From contig AP026153.1 in assembly GCA_030295235.1 (NCBI GenBank), positions 558,001 through 622,000 of the forward strand: a DNA stretch of 64,000 nt, written 5' to 3'. Shown piece by piece: positions 1 to 12,530 of the stretch; positions within the stretch are counted from its first letter, which is position 1; each line of letters starts with the position of its first letter. The stretch comes from Fistulifera solaris (Eukaryota). Below the pieces are notes generated by a model. That model was not told the DNA's origin. It was given only the letters and a program-made list of their open reading frames with translations, and did no database searches. The position numbers and the translations under genes were made by a program.

Positions 1-2249
1 CCGGCCTAATAGATCAAGCGGTTTTGAAAGCAACTGGTTATCACAGCACGGCTGAGGCTTCCAACTTCAACCTTTCTGTTGGTTTGCAAGCTGGTATTGA
101 GGGGGCACTTCATGCCGTTCAAAAACGCTTACTTGATTCTTCGATTATTTCGGGCTTCTGATAGTTCAAGCTTGATACTTCCGACTTCTGATTCTTCGTC
201 GGTACTTTCACTACCGTACCCGGGTGTTGGCTATGTTCCGCCCTCTTTATCTCCTTCGGATTCTGACAACAGTTCCACGACATCAATGCTAGATTCTCAG
301 ACCGACCCCGAAGCGGTGGTATTGGTGGATGCCCGTAGCAGCTTTCAACGAACTCAATCGCCTGGTTATGCTGTGGACTGTGCGGCATCTGTATCCAGCA
401 GGGGCCCGACTTATCTTTCATTCTTATCGGCACGCCTATTCTTTTTCTGAAGAGGTGAGGGAAAACCGTGCATCAAACTTCACAGCCAGCGAGGGAATTA
501 CGCAAGGAGATCCCATGAGTATGATTATATACGGTCTTACCCTGGTTCCCTTGGCAAAACGCATTCGTGAAGCCACTAAGGATGTTGTGCAGCCATGGTA
601 TGCGGATGACGTAGCTTTAGCGGGTCCTGCAAGTCAAATAGATATCGCGATGAAGCTGCTTATTAAGTATGGCCCTGACCGTGGTTACTATCCCGAACCC
701 GAGAAAAGCCAGCTTGTTTGCATTGACCCTGAGTCCCGATTGGCTTGTAGTCGGTTGCTAGCTGAATACAAGTTTTCGTGTGTGCCGTCGCCAGATACCT
801 TGGAGGATTTATTGGGGATCGGAGCTATCTTGGGGAGTGGCTGTGTCCCAAAATTGAAGCGTGGATATCCAAAGTTGAAGCGCTTTCCATGGTTGCTCGG
901 ACTGAACCACAAGCAGCGTATGCGGCCTTCACAATCTCGCTACAAAATGAATGGGCTTACATTCAGCGTAGTTCCAGGCTGTGAAGAGTTTCTCAAACCG
1001 CTGGAGGTTGCCTTACGCACTTCTTTACTTCCAGCGATTCTTGGGGAGGGAGTCCGACTGTCGGTGAACTTCGAGAAATTACCACTCGCAACTAAGGCAG
1101 CTGGAATCGCCATTTCACGACCCTAGTGTGACAGCTCCGGTTAACTATGAAATTTCGGTAATGGTGACTAAGCCCCTTACGGATAGTCTAATGCAGAATT
1201 CGGAACTTGATGTGGCGGCTTATCATAAGCATGCCAAAGCAACCCGTACACGCTGCTAAGGGCGCCCGTATAGACAGAGATTTGAAGACCCTGCAAGCAT
1301 CTGTAAAACAGAACGCCCTGTAGAAGTCAGAGCGTCTCGAAAGGGCAAAGGAGACCGGGAATTGGTTGACTGTGCATCCGATGCGCATCAACGGTACCAC
1401 CTTGTCATGTGACGAATTTCGTGACAGCATCCGAATCCGCTTAGGCCTGCCCTTACTTGGACTAAACGAAACCTGTGATGGATGCGGTGACAAATTCTCG
1501 TTTAGCATTCACAAGATTGTCCACATGGTGGACTAGTCTCTATCCGACATGATGACATGAAGAAGGAATTTCTATTTATTTGTCAGCAGGCTATGCCCGG
1601 CGAAACATTCGCGACGAACCTCCCATCTACCCTGGTGGCGGACGCACAGTTGAGACAATGCATGATATTGATGAAACTAGAGGTGATATCTCCGTGTATG
1701 AATTTTGGAAAAGACGTCGTCTCACCATGTTTGATGTATCTATCGTTGACACTGAGGCTGATTCCTATGTTACCACTGACCCTAAAATTCTTTTTAGCAA
1801 GACGGCCGAAAAAGAGAAATTCGACAAACATGGCCCCAAATGTGAAGCCCAACGTATTGATTTCACCCCGTTGGTCTTTTCCGGCAGATGGATTGATTGG
1901 AAAGCAGGCTAATCTTGCGATCAAAAAGCTTGCTGGGAAATTAGCACTAAAATGGGACAAACAGTATTCTGTTGTATGTGGCTATGTCCGCTCGATTGAG
2001 CATTTCCTTAGTCCGTTCGTTTCTATGCTGTTGCGCAGCCCGTAGTGGTTTGCCCCTTAGCTCTCATCCGCTTTGGTTAGATGGTGCTGGTCTGTCTATC
2101 TACTAACCTTATCCTCAATGGTGCTCCTTCGCGATCTACCGTTTCCCTTCTGAGGCGTACCAGATACGTCGTACAACTGATCCTCGTGTTAGACAAGCAT
2201 AGTAGAGAAAGTAATACTATAAAGGACAAGTTTCAAAAAAAAAAAAAAA
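1..2249 (+). mobile_element. 3' part of a CRE-clade-like non-LTR retrotransposon (RT, Zn knuckle, restriction-like endonuclease) ending in poly(A); 5' end lies outside the window
   Basis: RT motifs GLQAGIEG, AFNELNR, EGITQGDPMSMIIY, WYADD, YGPDRGYYPEPEKS and RYLGGFIG. Then GNWLTVHP...EFRDSIRIRLG, a CDGC...C...RHD knuckle, and RGDISV...MFDVSIVD...AEKEKFDK (PD-(D/E)xK-like). Several frameshifts; A15 tail at 2235-2249. Confidence 0.85.
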
Positions 2250-2702
2250 CATACTCCGATACAATCCAAACAATCCTTGGGATTCCAAATAACGAGCCGC
2301 CGCGCATCCAAGGCACCGGCTTGAGCGATCGTTTGGGGCGGTGGCGGCTAAACGATCCCACAGAGGCATGTGCGAAATGGTGACATCCCAGAATTCGTCG
2401 ACATTTTGTAAGATGGGCAAATGAATGCGCGTCAATCTATTGCTGTCTTGCAATTGATCATAGAACCACTGAGATCCTTCCGTTGCCTTGCTTTGACTCT
2501 TCTCCATTTCATCTTGATTCCTTAGATCAAGTACTATTCCCGAACATAGCGACTCGTACAATATTTGCGCTTCGGTTTGTGACAATTGATCGAGCGCTGC
2601 CGATCGAAAGACATTGAAGGCGATGATGGGTCGAAAATTTCGGAGCGTCGTAAACTGCTTGGATGTTAATTCTAGAGCCAGCACAAACAAGAACTGTATC
2701 AT
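2250..2702 (-). pseudogene. N-terminal half of a tyrosine/dual-specificity phosphatase family (Y_phosphatase3/IphP-like) gene, interrupted by the retroelement
   Basis: LRNFR...VFRSAALDQLS...VLDLRNQDE and GLFGLYRSM match the N-terminus of this family. The reading frame runs into the element's poly(T) before any HCxxGxDR motif. Confidence 0.6.
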
Positions 2703-2825
2703 TGTGAGTCGAATAATAATAGTGGAACGTAATATTTGCGAGCGGAGAATTGTATACGGAGTATTGAGAAATGACAAATGACAACATCAGTGACCGACGA
2801 CGAATCATCTCTTTTTATAATGTTT

Positions 2826-3622
2826 GTCCAAAATTTCTAGGCACGTAAAGACACCTCATACAGAGATTCCGTCAGGCGACCTACAACCCATAACGATTTC
2901 CCAGATTATCTGGAAAACCAAAAGCACATCATGCAGAATTTCCGTCTGATGACCCATAAGGCTATTCCAGATTTTCTGGAAAAACAAAGACGGTTCACAC
3001 AGATTTTCCGTCTGATGACTTAGAAGGCTATTCCAGATTTTCTGGAAAAGACACGTCATACAGAATTTCCGTCTGATGTCCCATGAAGCTACCTGGTATT
3101 CCAGATTTTCTAGAGAAAGCAAAACCACATCATACAGAATTCCCGTCGGACTCTCCGTACGTAATTCCAGATTTTGTGGAGAAAAAATGACACGTCAAAC
3201 AGAACATCCGTCTGATGACAACGACGTTTTCCAGATTTTTTGGAAACAACAAACAAATTACCAACGGATTTTCCTTCTGTCTACCCGTAACGCCATTCCA
3301 GATTTTCTGGAAAATCAAAATACGACTTACAGATTATCCATCTGATGTCCCGTAAAGCTATCTGGGATTCCAGATTTTCTGGAAAAACAAAAGCACATCA
3401 TACAGATTATCCGTCAGATGATCCGTAACGCAATTCCAGATTTTCTGGGAAAACAAAGACACTTATTACAGAATTTCCGTCAATTGATAAGCAACGCAAT
3501 CCCAGATTTTCTGGAGGAAAAAACGCACACACACATCTTACAGATTTTCCGTCTGATGACCCGTAACGTCATTCCAGATTTTCTGGAAAATTTTAGACGC
3601 GTATCCAGATTTTCCGGAGACG
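2826..3622. repeat. Degenerate minisatellite with ~66-bp units built on the TTCCAGA-TTT-TCTGGAA palindrome
   Basis: About 12 copies of CCAGATTTTCTGG alternate with CAGAATTTCCGTCTGATG; CAG cores are mostly spaced 32-34 bp apart. Confidence 0.9.
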
Positions 3623-3757
3623 TAATAGTAGAGACCGAAACGCGCGCAACAAACCACAAAACTTGAAAACGAGCCGCACATTTGTAAACACAAGCGAATC
3701 TATCCTACTTCTTATCTTCTTTCCTTCTTTAATACTTCGATAACACACGAAACACAA

Positions 3758-5116
3758 ATGATTCGCACGGCATTCTGGAGAACGGTGATTCCAGCGGGTG
3801 TAGCGGTCGGCGTTTTAGAAGTGACCACGCATTTGCCATCCCAAGGCCGTGCGGCTCCTATTTATCATACCGTCGCCGATGAATGGATTACTCCACTCAT
3901 GAGACGTTTCTTAGATCCGGAAAGTACGTATGTATATATATGTTCAAAATTTAATTGCCCATGACATTCTCAGGCGTTATTTTCTTTTTTTCGCAGCGGC
4001 CCACGAAGTGGCTTTGGAATTGCGCGACGTGGATGGTCACCGAAGCATCGGCCATCGGCTCTAGAACAACAATTGCGTGTTTCTTCTCAATTATTTGGCC
4101 TCACATTTAACAATCCCATCGGTCTCGCGGCTGGATTCGATAAGCATGGGACGGTCGTACAGCCCATGCTGGATTTGGGATTTGGTTTTGTCGAAATTGG
4201 GACCGTCACGCCACAAGCACAACCGGGAAATCCCAAACCACGCATGTTTCGATTGACAGAAGATCGGGCACTCATCAATCGCTACGGATTCAATTCCGTC
4301 GGGGCCGAACAAGTGGCGGAAAATCTCGCACAATCGATACAACCCGGTACGAAGGGCATTGTCGGAGTGAATGTCGGGAAAAACAAGACAACCGAACACG
4401 CGGTCGATGATTATGTACAGGGCATTCGCATCTTGGGACCGCTAGCGGATTATTTAGTCATTAATATTTCCAGTCCCAATACACCCGGATTGCGAGATTT
4501 GCAACACAAGGATGCCTTACAACCACTCTTGGAGGCCTGTTTGGCAGCCCGTGATGCCCTCGCACGGCGTGTGCCATTGTTGGTCAAACTGGCACCCGAT
4601 TTGAGTGATGACGAAATTACACAAGTGGCACAACTCTGTCTCCAACTGCAGGTGGATGGACTCATTGTCAGTAATACTACCAATGTTCGTCCCGACGATT
4701 TATTATCGTACCATCGTGGAGAATTGGGAGGTTTGTCCGGTGCACCTCTCAAAGACAAGAGCACACATTGCATTCGACAAGTGTATGCGGCCACGAATGG
4801 GGAACTACCCATCATTGGAGTCGGTGGCATTGAAAGTGGGAAGGATGTGTACGAGAAACTGTCCGCGGGAGCGTCCTTGGTTCAAGTGTATTCACCGCTC
4901 GTGTACCATGGCCCGGGTCTGGTGTCGCGATTGCGCCATGAACTGGCCGAGCACATGTTACAAAATGGATACCGGGATATATCACAAGTCATTGGTCTCG
5001 ATCACGAGGAATTGCAATGGAAACGTCGGTACGAGCGCTTGAAAGAACGACAAAAGATGACTTGTGGTGATGAAGAAAATGATGCGGTATTAGTAAATGA
5101 ACAACAGCAACAATAA
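3758..5116 (+). CDS. DHODH: Dihydroorotate dehydrogenase (quinone, class 2); intron 3924-3996; probable 1-nt frameshift near 4021
   Basis: Splicing gives DPETAHEVALE. Motifs NPIGLAAGFDK, GNPKPRMFRL, NRYGFNS, NISSPNTPGLR, VKLAPDL, GGLSGAPL. Confidence 0.95.
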
Positions 5117-6606
5117 ACGATCATAGATCAATGAAAATAGATAAATACGAAGTATTCGACTAGTTATTAATTTTGTTCAAGGTCTCCGACTTTTTTCTCC
5201 TCTCTCCTTTTCGAGTTCCACCAAGAAAGTCACGAATTCCATACGATGATTCATTCGAAATTCATTCCCGAGTTTCTCGTCGCGTGTGTTTCAGCTGTTG
5301 AGCAGCTGTTGTTCTACCGACATTGAAGTATGAGAGTGAAGAGTAGTATGACGTTTGTTCTTCTGACAGATACCGGTGCAGTTGTCTGAGAATGTGACAA
5401 TCGCTACACTTGTCTAGATACTCCACGTGTTTGAAGTCGAAGTTCTTTCTCACGCTCATCACGGTGCACGGATGCAGTTCACTCTTGAATTCTTTTGGAT
5501 CTTGAAAAAGCAAGCAACGACGCGAACGCAAAAACAACATAAAAGTGTCAATCGAAAAGGATCGCAACATAATCCGAATTAATTCAATTGAAAGAGCTTT
5601 GAAATCATTCTTGTCAAGAGGGAGGAATAGTTTGAAAGGCAAGTTCGTGAAAGCAACGAAGGAAAAGCCGCGACGACGAAACGAACCGAGTCTCACCGAC
5701 CATTTTTGTTCTTCTCTACAGATGTGGCAGAAAGCAGCAAGTGTAATGGCGAACGGAGCCTTTTGTACGTTCAGTTCGACAATAATATCGTGTGGCCTTG
5801 CCTGTGAAGTTGAAAAATGTGGCCACCGCCTCGTATACTGGTATTCTCCGCAAAAATACGCGACCGTCGAACAAGCGTACGGTTTGACCGAAGAACAATT
5901 ATTGGCGGTTCGTAATCATCGACCATCGATTATGGCCACTTCATCATCATCAAATGTGGATTCCGGAATGCTACCGATGAGTGTCTTGTTTGAAGCTTAA
6001 TTTCGGGGCACGAAGGGTCGCCGTACGAAACAAAAAATGGAAGTGCCGACGAAATTTTGGGCGCTAATGGCTTCTGCTCGCCTGGGAATAGAAGTCACTT
6101 TCCAACGCAATTACCACTCTTGTATCATGTCTAATAGTGAAAACGCCAAATAAATTATAGAGAAAATCAATCACCATTTTATTAAGTGAGATGTGCGGTC
6201 GTCGACGCTAAGAACATGTCTGGAAAGGCGCAAATATATCCGCAACGATACCGTCTGCTTCTAGTTGAAACTCTTCTGCAATCGTCTTTTGAGTTGGGAA
6301 AGCAAGGCAACAAGAAGCGTTTTCTATTTCTTCTGTCGATGAGATGCAACACGGCCATCTTGAAAACGTGGACAAGGCTGGGATTTGATGATGTCAGCAT
6401 ATCTGCGTTCGTCCACCCATCCGTGGAGCGTAATGTGCTCCACTATCGACCCAAAGTGTAGATTACTTTTTTTTGTGCGACTGAATTCCTTTTAACCTTA
6501 GTCACGATTTAATACGCTGCACGTGCTGCACGCGAATAAGGTTTAATAACATCGAGCAAACTGCGAAAACAAAGTAAATAATCTTGTTATAATCCCCAAT
6601 CTCACC

Positions 6607-7245
6607 ATGAACGATGCTTATCTTCAATTAATCATTCTAATTGTCTTGATTGTCGTGTTTCAAGTCGTCGTGGGTCGTGTTGGCCTCGAGAAAGAAGCAC
6701 AGCGACGATGGCAGCACGCATTGACCGGACAAGCACTGGTCGGATGCAGTTACCTGCTGGACGTTTGGTTGTGCGTTGCGGGGTTGCTGTTCGGTTTGTT
6801 TGGTATTGCCTGTATGAAATACATGTATCCGACGGAATATCAAAAACTGTTTGGTCCGTTATTGCGACCGCACGAACGTGATCAGTTGCCGGGGGCTTTT
6901 TATTTCCTGCTGGGCACGTTGCTCGTCTTGTTTCTCGTTCCGTTGGAAACGGCGCGCTACGCGGTTTTATGTCTGTCGTATGCGGATCCGGCGGCGGCGT
7001 GGATCGGTCGAACGATCCCTCTCCGTAAGATTCATGACAGTGCTTCTGTGGGAGGATGCTTGGCTTGTTTTGTCACGGCTTGTGTCGTAGGTTCTGCCGT
7101 TCTCTCTTCGGATCAAGACGAGAATCCTGTTGCAAGAATTTTGATTGGAGCGTTGGTATGTACAATAGCGGAAGCGCTCCCCGTAGGCAACGACAACTTG
7201 ATGATACCTTTGTTGACTGCCCTGTCCGTGGAGTGGCTACTTTGA
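6607..7245 (+). CDS. CTP-dependent lipid kinase family membrane protein (Dgk1/dolichol/phytol kinase-like)
   Basis: Multiple hydrophobic segments; motifs RRWQH, LLRPHE..LPGAFYFLLG, LSYADPAAAWIG, GNDNLMIP. Confidence 0.75.
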   Translation: MNDAYLQLIILIVLIVVFQVVVGRVGLEKEAQRRWQHALTGQALVGCSYLLDVWLCVAGLLFGLFGIACMKYMYPTEYQKLFGPLLRPHERDQLPGAFYFLLGTLLVLFLVPLETARYAVLCLSYADPAAAWIGRTIPLRKIHDSASVGGCLACFVTACVVGSAVLSSDQDENPVARILIGALVCTIAEALPVGNDNLMIPLLTALSVEWLL

Positions 7246-8117
7246 GAAACGAACAAGCAGGAACGTGAATGTATGACGACTCAAATGTAACTCGGTCCAT
7301 GTCGTGGGCCAAAGTGAGCTGGCGGGTGATTTACCTGATGGTTAGCTTCATCTGAGCAGTACACGAATTGCTGAGAAAGATTGCTACAAATGTGATCAGC
7401 GCACCCCGATCCTTACCCCAGCGTTTTCTCCTCAGCATCCCGATCTGGTACAAGAGCTCTTGAATTTCCTTGGTCTTAAACATACAAAGGTACAAGCAGT
7501 AATCCAGGGTGTGGAGCGATCTTCGGTGGAAGAACTGGTTATATTAGGTGGTGGAGAAGTGCTGGTAACGTCGCGACAGGTCTACTGAAAGTCCACTGTG
7601 CGTCAATCAGGCCGATGCCGCTCAACAAAAATATTTCCGTTTAACTTTGGTGTCGGAATCGATTCGCTCCTTGTACGCTGGTGGAGCCCAATTCAAGTCG
7701 ATCGAGGTGGGATTGTCTTTCTGCTCGATGCCAGTTGTCGCGAAAGTCTTTAACGAAGCTGTTGAGTTCATGGGTCGATGTAATTTTTAGAAGCACGAAA
7801 CCCTTTTTAAACATGATCTAAATTATTGCACTCGCGTCATACCGAGTAATCGGACCTATGATTGCAGTTGGCCTACTCGAATCTTTCGGCAACCAATGTC
7901 ACAAGATATTTCTCTCTTGTAATCTTCGGGAAGACCGTCCCATTTGCTGACTGACAGAAGGGTAGCAGATGCATGGCTCCTGTTATTGCGTGACCAGTGA
8001 AAGTCAGCCAAAACATATTGAACACTAAAGTTAAAAGCAATTGTTGTATTTATGCAGTTAGATCCGATTTTAGAAGTGGCTACAGTATAACATCAAAGAC
8101 ACAACGTAGCAACACCA

Positions 8118-9205
8118 TTAAGATAGCGCCTCCGTGGAATTTCCACAAAGCTCCACTTGACCAAGACATGTTCCCGGCTCCCACGCTAAAAACACGAAAC
8201 ACTCGTTGGAAGGCTCGCCCGATATGGTTGTGAGCATGTTTTCTTCGTCGGTAGGACAGTACATTGCCACGGTAAAAGGTTGAACACACGGCAGAACGCG
8301 CCCAAACAAGTAAACAGCAGCTTCTCCTACATAGCCACGTCCATCCGTAGGATACGCAATGAATCCGCCAACCTCTGTGGGAGGGGTGGGAGGTATTTGC
8401 TTACCGCCAAAGATGGTAGACAACCGCCCATTGCAGTTGAGAATTAAACGATCAACGCCCTCGCCGCTGCAATACCCCAGTTCTTGAAATCCAGGACAGA
8501 ACGAATCGTACAGCAACTTGGCGCTCGACGAGGTAACGGTCCCTTCGACATTACAAGCAGCGGTATCGCGAGCGTAAGCACAAAAGTTGCCGCGCATCGG
8601 AGGATCGTTACTATCCATTTGCAATGCACGGCGTTTACTGGCGTCCAACGGCATCATATTTACCACCACATCTTTCGAAGTCGTCCCCAATCGCACACCT
8701 CCCATGGATACCAAGTCATCGCCCGAAACCGTCGTATCTTTCGCCAGTTGCGCAGCCACGAGACTCGTTCCGATGTTAGCAAGACTCAAAAGACAGTCAA
8801 AGCGCACAACATCATCACGCCCATGCGCAAATTCTGGTGCTGTCTCGCTTCCGAGTGTAATTTCCTCAATAGCTCCTGATTCCTCTTCTCATGACTTTGC
8901 AGTGTTTTCACCCACAGATACAATTTTTCTAGCGGATCCGAAGTAGCTTGCGTGGTTTCGTCTTCATCGGAAAAATGGTACGAATTATCCGAATCACCAA
9001 AACGGGGACCGCGCGTCCGTTGAATCAGCAAATCAATGGCGGATGTCGCACCCGAGTTGCTATTCGCAGAGGGCGATTTCGAGGGAAGATAACTGCTCAC
9101 TTGATCTAAATCGTTCTCGCTGTCGGAGCCCTCGAGTGAATTTTCTTCTAAACTTTGCGCATCGAGCATGGCGGCGGGCACTTGTAATTGTTTGTTTTTT
9201 CTCAT
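8118..9205 (-). CDS. Hypothetical single-pass membrane protein; two ORFs probably joined by a frameshift near 8800
   Basis: Ser/acidic N-terminus, then the hydrophobic stretch GVMMLCAL/LLSLANIGTSLVAAQLAKDT, then a Cys-rich C-terminal domain. Confidence 0.55.
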
Positions 9206-10203
9206 TGCTGTAAATGATATGAAACGAGTTGTGATATTTGAGCGCTGGGTAGGCTTATGAAGGAAATGTCGTTTGTGCAGTAGAAGATTGAATCAGTGTG
9301 TAATGATTCGAGCGCAAAGACAGAAAGTGAATCTTGAGAAGTGTATCGGCTAGCAATGAAGTGCAACAAAACGAGGCTTGAAAATAAAATTCCTTTCGCT
9401 GCTGTTTTAGCTGAAATTCTTCTCAACACCTGTTATTATCACTGGCGCTGGTTGTAATGTCAATACACGTTAGACTTGATAGATTGAAAGACAAAACAAT
9501 CAACAAAAGGGAAATGAGAAAAAACAGGAATGGCGTCGTTTGTCAAAATGCCCCGTTGTGTTTGCACCTCTGCGTGGCTGTCGTACGGGCGTGTACGCCA
9601 TCGGTTCTCCGTTTCGCATTCCGTAATCCTCTCAAAAACTATCGAATAAAGTGTGGCGAGGAACAGATGCTATTTTGCAGTTACAGTAGGCTCGGAGTGG
9701 AAACGCGTTCCGAGGATTCCGTTGTTTAGGCGCTTTCACTTCGGATTGTACTAAATAGTTGATGGTGTACATTACAATTAGGCAAATGCGATAACGGATT
9801 TTTCGTTCCAGTCGTACAAAGGGTGCGGACGAGAAAGTGTGATTTCGGGACTGAAAATTGAGTCGGAAAATGTTCTCGAGAATAACAGACTTTTGTTCTT
9901 AAACCCCATGCTAGAGGCTAGAAAATCACAAATACTTGCAGCTTAAGTCAAAACTCAAAGAGCCAAGTGGTATCATTTAAATGCGGCGAAACGTTCGTCG
10001 GAGTTAAATGAAAGACGGGAGAAAAGCCTTATGAAATTCATTGGTTCATGTTTACGAGTAGCCTCTAGAGCAGTCGAATAATAGTAATAGAGATCTTTCG
10101 TTTAGTTTTAATCCTCTCCCAACGTCTCCTACTACGTGTAAATTCTCTTGTTGTATATGATTGTCAACTTTCGTTTGGACTTGCTCAACTCATCAAACTA
10201 TCC

Positions 10204-10824
10204 TTACTTCCCCTGACCTTGAATTGTAATGATGATGTTTCGCGCATGACCACCACCCCAACCACCTTGATCTCGATGTTCATTCAAATAAATCCCCTGC
10301 CAGGTTCCTAACGCGAGACGCCCCTGTCGAATGGGAATGGTGAGCGAAACACCCATCAAACTGCTTTTGACATGACCCGGCATATCATCGTCTCCTTCCA
10401 TCGTATGCCGGAAGGTTCCATCGCGATTCCATTGTGCGGGCACAATCTTATTGAGGGCTGTTTCCATATCGGTCCGCACGTCCGGATCCGCGTTCTCATT
10501 GATGGTCAAACTGGCCGAAGTGTGTTGCACAAAAATGTTGCAGAGACCAATTTGGCATTGTCGAATGGATTCTCCGGCCGCTTTTTGAATGTCGGCGGTA
10601 ATCAAATGACAGCCGCGTTTCGGAGCTGTTACGGTAATCTCATGCTGGAACCATAAAGGTTTCATGGTCGACGTTTCTGTGTCGCTATTTGTTTGAATAG
10701 CAACAGTGGTGGGAGAGATGCAAGTGTCGACCAGTCGCTGTTGCTGTGCGTTAACAAAGCTAGAAACGGTGCAGATAGAAACAGAAAGCGATAATGACAA
10801 AAGATATAGAGAATGCCTCTTCAT
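10204..10824 (-). CDS. yjbQ: UPF0047/YjbQ family protein with N-terminal signal/transit peptide
   Basis: QHTSASLTINENADPDVR, HTMEGDDDMPGHVKSSL, LGTWQGIYLNEHR. Confidence 0.92.
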   Translation of the reverse strand: MKRHSLYLLSLSLSVSICTVSSFVNAQQQRLVDTCISPTTVAIQTNSDTETSTMKPLWFQHEITVTAPKRGCHLITADIQKAAGESIRQCQIGLCNIFVQHTSASLTINENADPDVRTDMETALNKIVPAQWNRDGTFRHTMEGDDDMPGHVKSSLMGVSLTIPIRQGRLALGTWQGIYLNEHRDQGGWGGGHARNIIITIQGQGK

Positions 10825-10894
10825 GTTGCAATGAAATGGAACTCATTGATTTTCGAATTTCGAATGAAAACAGCAGCAATAAACGAAGAATCGT

Positions 10895-10965
10895 ACGTGA
10901 AAACACCAATCAAGCAGATTTTCTGGGTATTTGAAAACATCACACTCCCAGTTTTTCTGGGTTAT
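10895..10965. repeat. Two units of the 34-bp CAGATTTTCTGG minisatellite
   Basis: CGTGAAAACACCAATC..CAGATTTTCTGG is nearly identical to 43572-43602; CAG cores at 10915 and 10949. Confidence 0.7.
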
Positions 10966-10979
10966 TGTTAGCTAACCTT

Positions 10980-11163
10980 AGGGGTTGTCAAAAATAAAAA
11001 ATCCCCCGGGCTCTCCGATTATTTCGCTCCGAAATAAGCCAATCATATCACACCATTTGTAAGCCCCCGAAAAAGGCAGCCAATCAGATAGATAGCGAGA
11101 ATTTTCCGCAACGAAATAAACGTGCGAAAAAATAAGCGGGGAATTTCAATTTTGACAACCTCT
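10980..11163. mobile_element. Candidate MITE (~184 bp) with ~26-bp imperfect TIRs
   Basis: Left end AGGGGTTGTCAAAAATAAAAAATCCCC versus reverse complement of right end AGAGGTTGTCAAAATTGAAATTCCCC; CTT flanks both sides. Confidence 0.6.
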
Positions 11164-11350
11164 CTTACCTGGTACCGCAGGTTCTCTGGTAACGTAAAAA
11201 ACCACAACTCATAACACATTCGACAAAAAAGCGACGATGAAAGATGATGATGATGTGACAAAATTGAAGAAACACATCATCCTGAAAGAAATTATAACTT
11301 TTCGAAGCTCTATTCGTTTCCGTCTTGTCTAAGAGATTCTTTCCGATGGC

Positions 11351-12096
11351 ATGGCGGCTTCACCACAAACAGAGATGCAAGATGCTTTTCAAGCTTTCAT
11401 GCTAGGCGGCAAAAAGACAAAGAAGAAAGCCAGCACTGACAGCAGTCCCAAGAAAAATAATGCTACACCTAAACCACCCACTCCCCCGCGACATACAAAA
11501 GAATCGCCTTCTTCCCGCCCATCCAGCATTGTAAAACAACAACAAGACTACCGCGCATTTCAGAATTTACATCAAGGATGGACTGAAACGGATGAAACGC
11601 TTTATGCTCTGGTGGGATCGGTCGCTGACTTACGTCAACGTCTTTACTATACGGTACAGGAGCAACGACTGTGTACTGAGAAACAAAACAACACGGAGAA
11701 TGCGATGTGGAAATCATGTGGCTTTCGATCGCAGCCTGCAGGGGTTGATCCTTCTTGGTTGCAACCGCACGATTATGATATAGCACTGGATCATATCCTA
11801 TTGCAGCACGAAAAAGCACTTCAAAATATACGAAGGTTGCTAGGAAATCAAAGTCAAACGATTGATTCCATGGCGAGGCGACTGGAATTTTGCTATTGGC
11901 GGGTGGTGACAACAGTTACTCTCAGGAATGCCAATACAGTTTCCGTTTTTTGGCACGTGAGTTGTATCGAAAGCAAATACTGGCGCAATCGTTGTTCAAC
12001 ACCGTACAAGATACGATGTTGACGACACTTGATTCATGGGAGACGGCTCGCGCTTGTCACAAACAGTGGCCGGCTTTGAGTAGGTGGCGATTGTAG
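11351..12096 (+). CDS. Hypothetical helical protein; probable frameshift near 11888
   Basis: Long ORF from ATG 11351; an overlapping ORF continues after a T homopolymer. Confidence 0.55.
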
Positions 12097-12530
12097 TTGA
12101 ACTGATGCTGCAGTCTGGAGCAGGCGGGATGCTTACCCCGTGTGAAAATGATGTAAGGGCATCAGTACAAGAGTATCAGACGTCTCTCTTTAAAGCTGTC
12201 TACTGCAAGCCTGTGGCTTATCGTGTTTGAAGCTAAGTTGCTCACATTGAAACAAGTCAGATTTACCTGAGACGATGACTCAATATGAAAAACATGTCTC
12301 AACTCATGCTATTTCTTTCCATAAGCATAGTTATAGGTTTCAGTTTACTATTATAGCAGTCATACATGCCGTATATTAGTATCGGATTCCCTGGTACCAT
12401 TCGGGTCAAATGAGTTTCTAAGTACTCTTTAGATCTATACTCTTTGCCGTCACGTAAAAGCACGTAGAAAACCATGAAATGCCGATCGCAGCAAGATTAA
12501 ATAAAGCTCTTCAAACCATTCATTTGATTG

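Noticed and set aside
2826..3622. CRISPR-like array of palindromic repeats
   Set aside because: The intervening sequences are related to each other rather than unique spacers, the repeats are degenerate, there are no cas genes, and the context is eukaryotic.
4015..4030. Programmed ribosomal frameshifting as the explanation for split genes
   Set aside because: The sites share no slippery-plus-stop consensus and fit homopolymer undercalling.
5262..6461. Short overlapping ORFs of up to 151 aa
   Set aside because: No recognisable motif and the strand is ambiguous; cannot support a gene call, although one may exist at 5545-6000.
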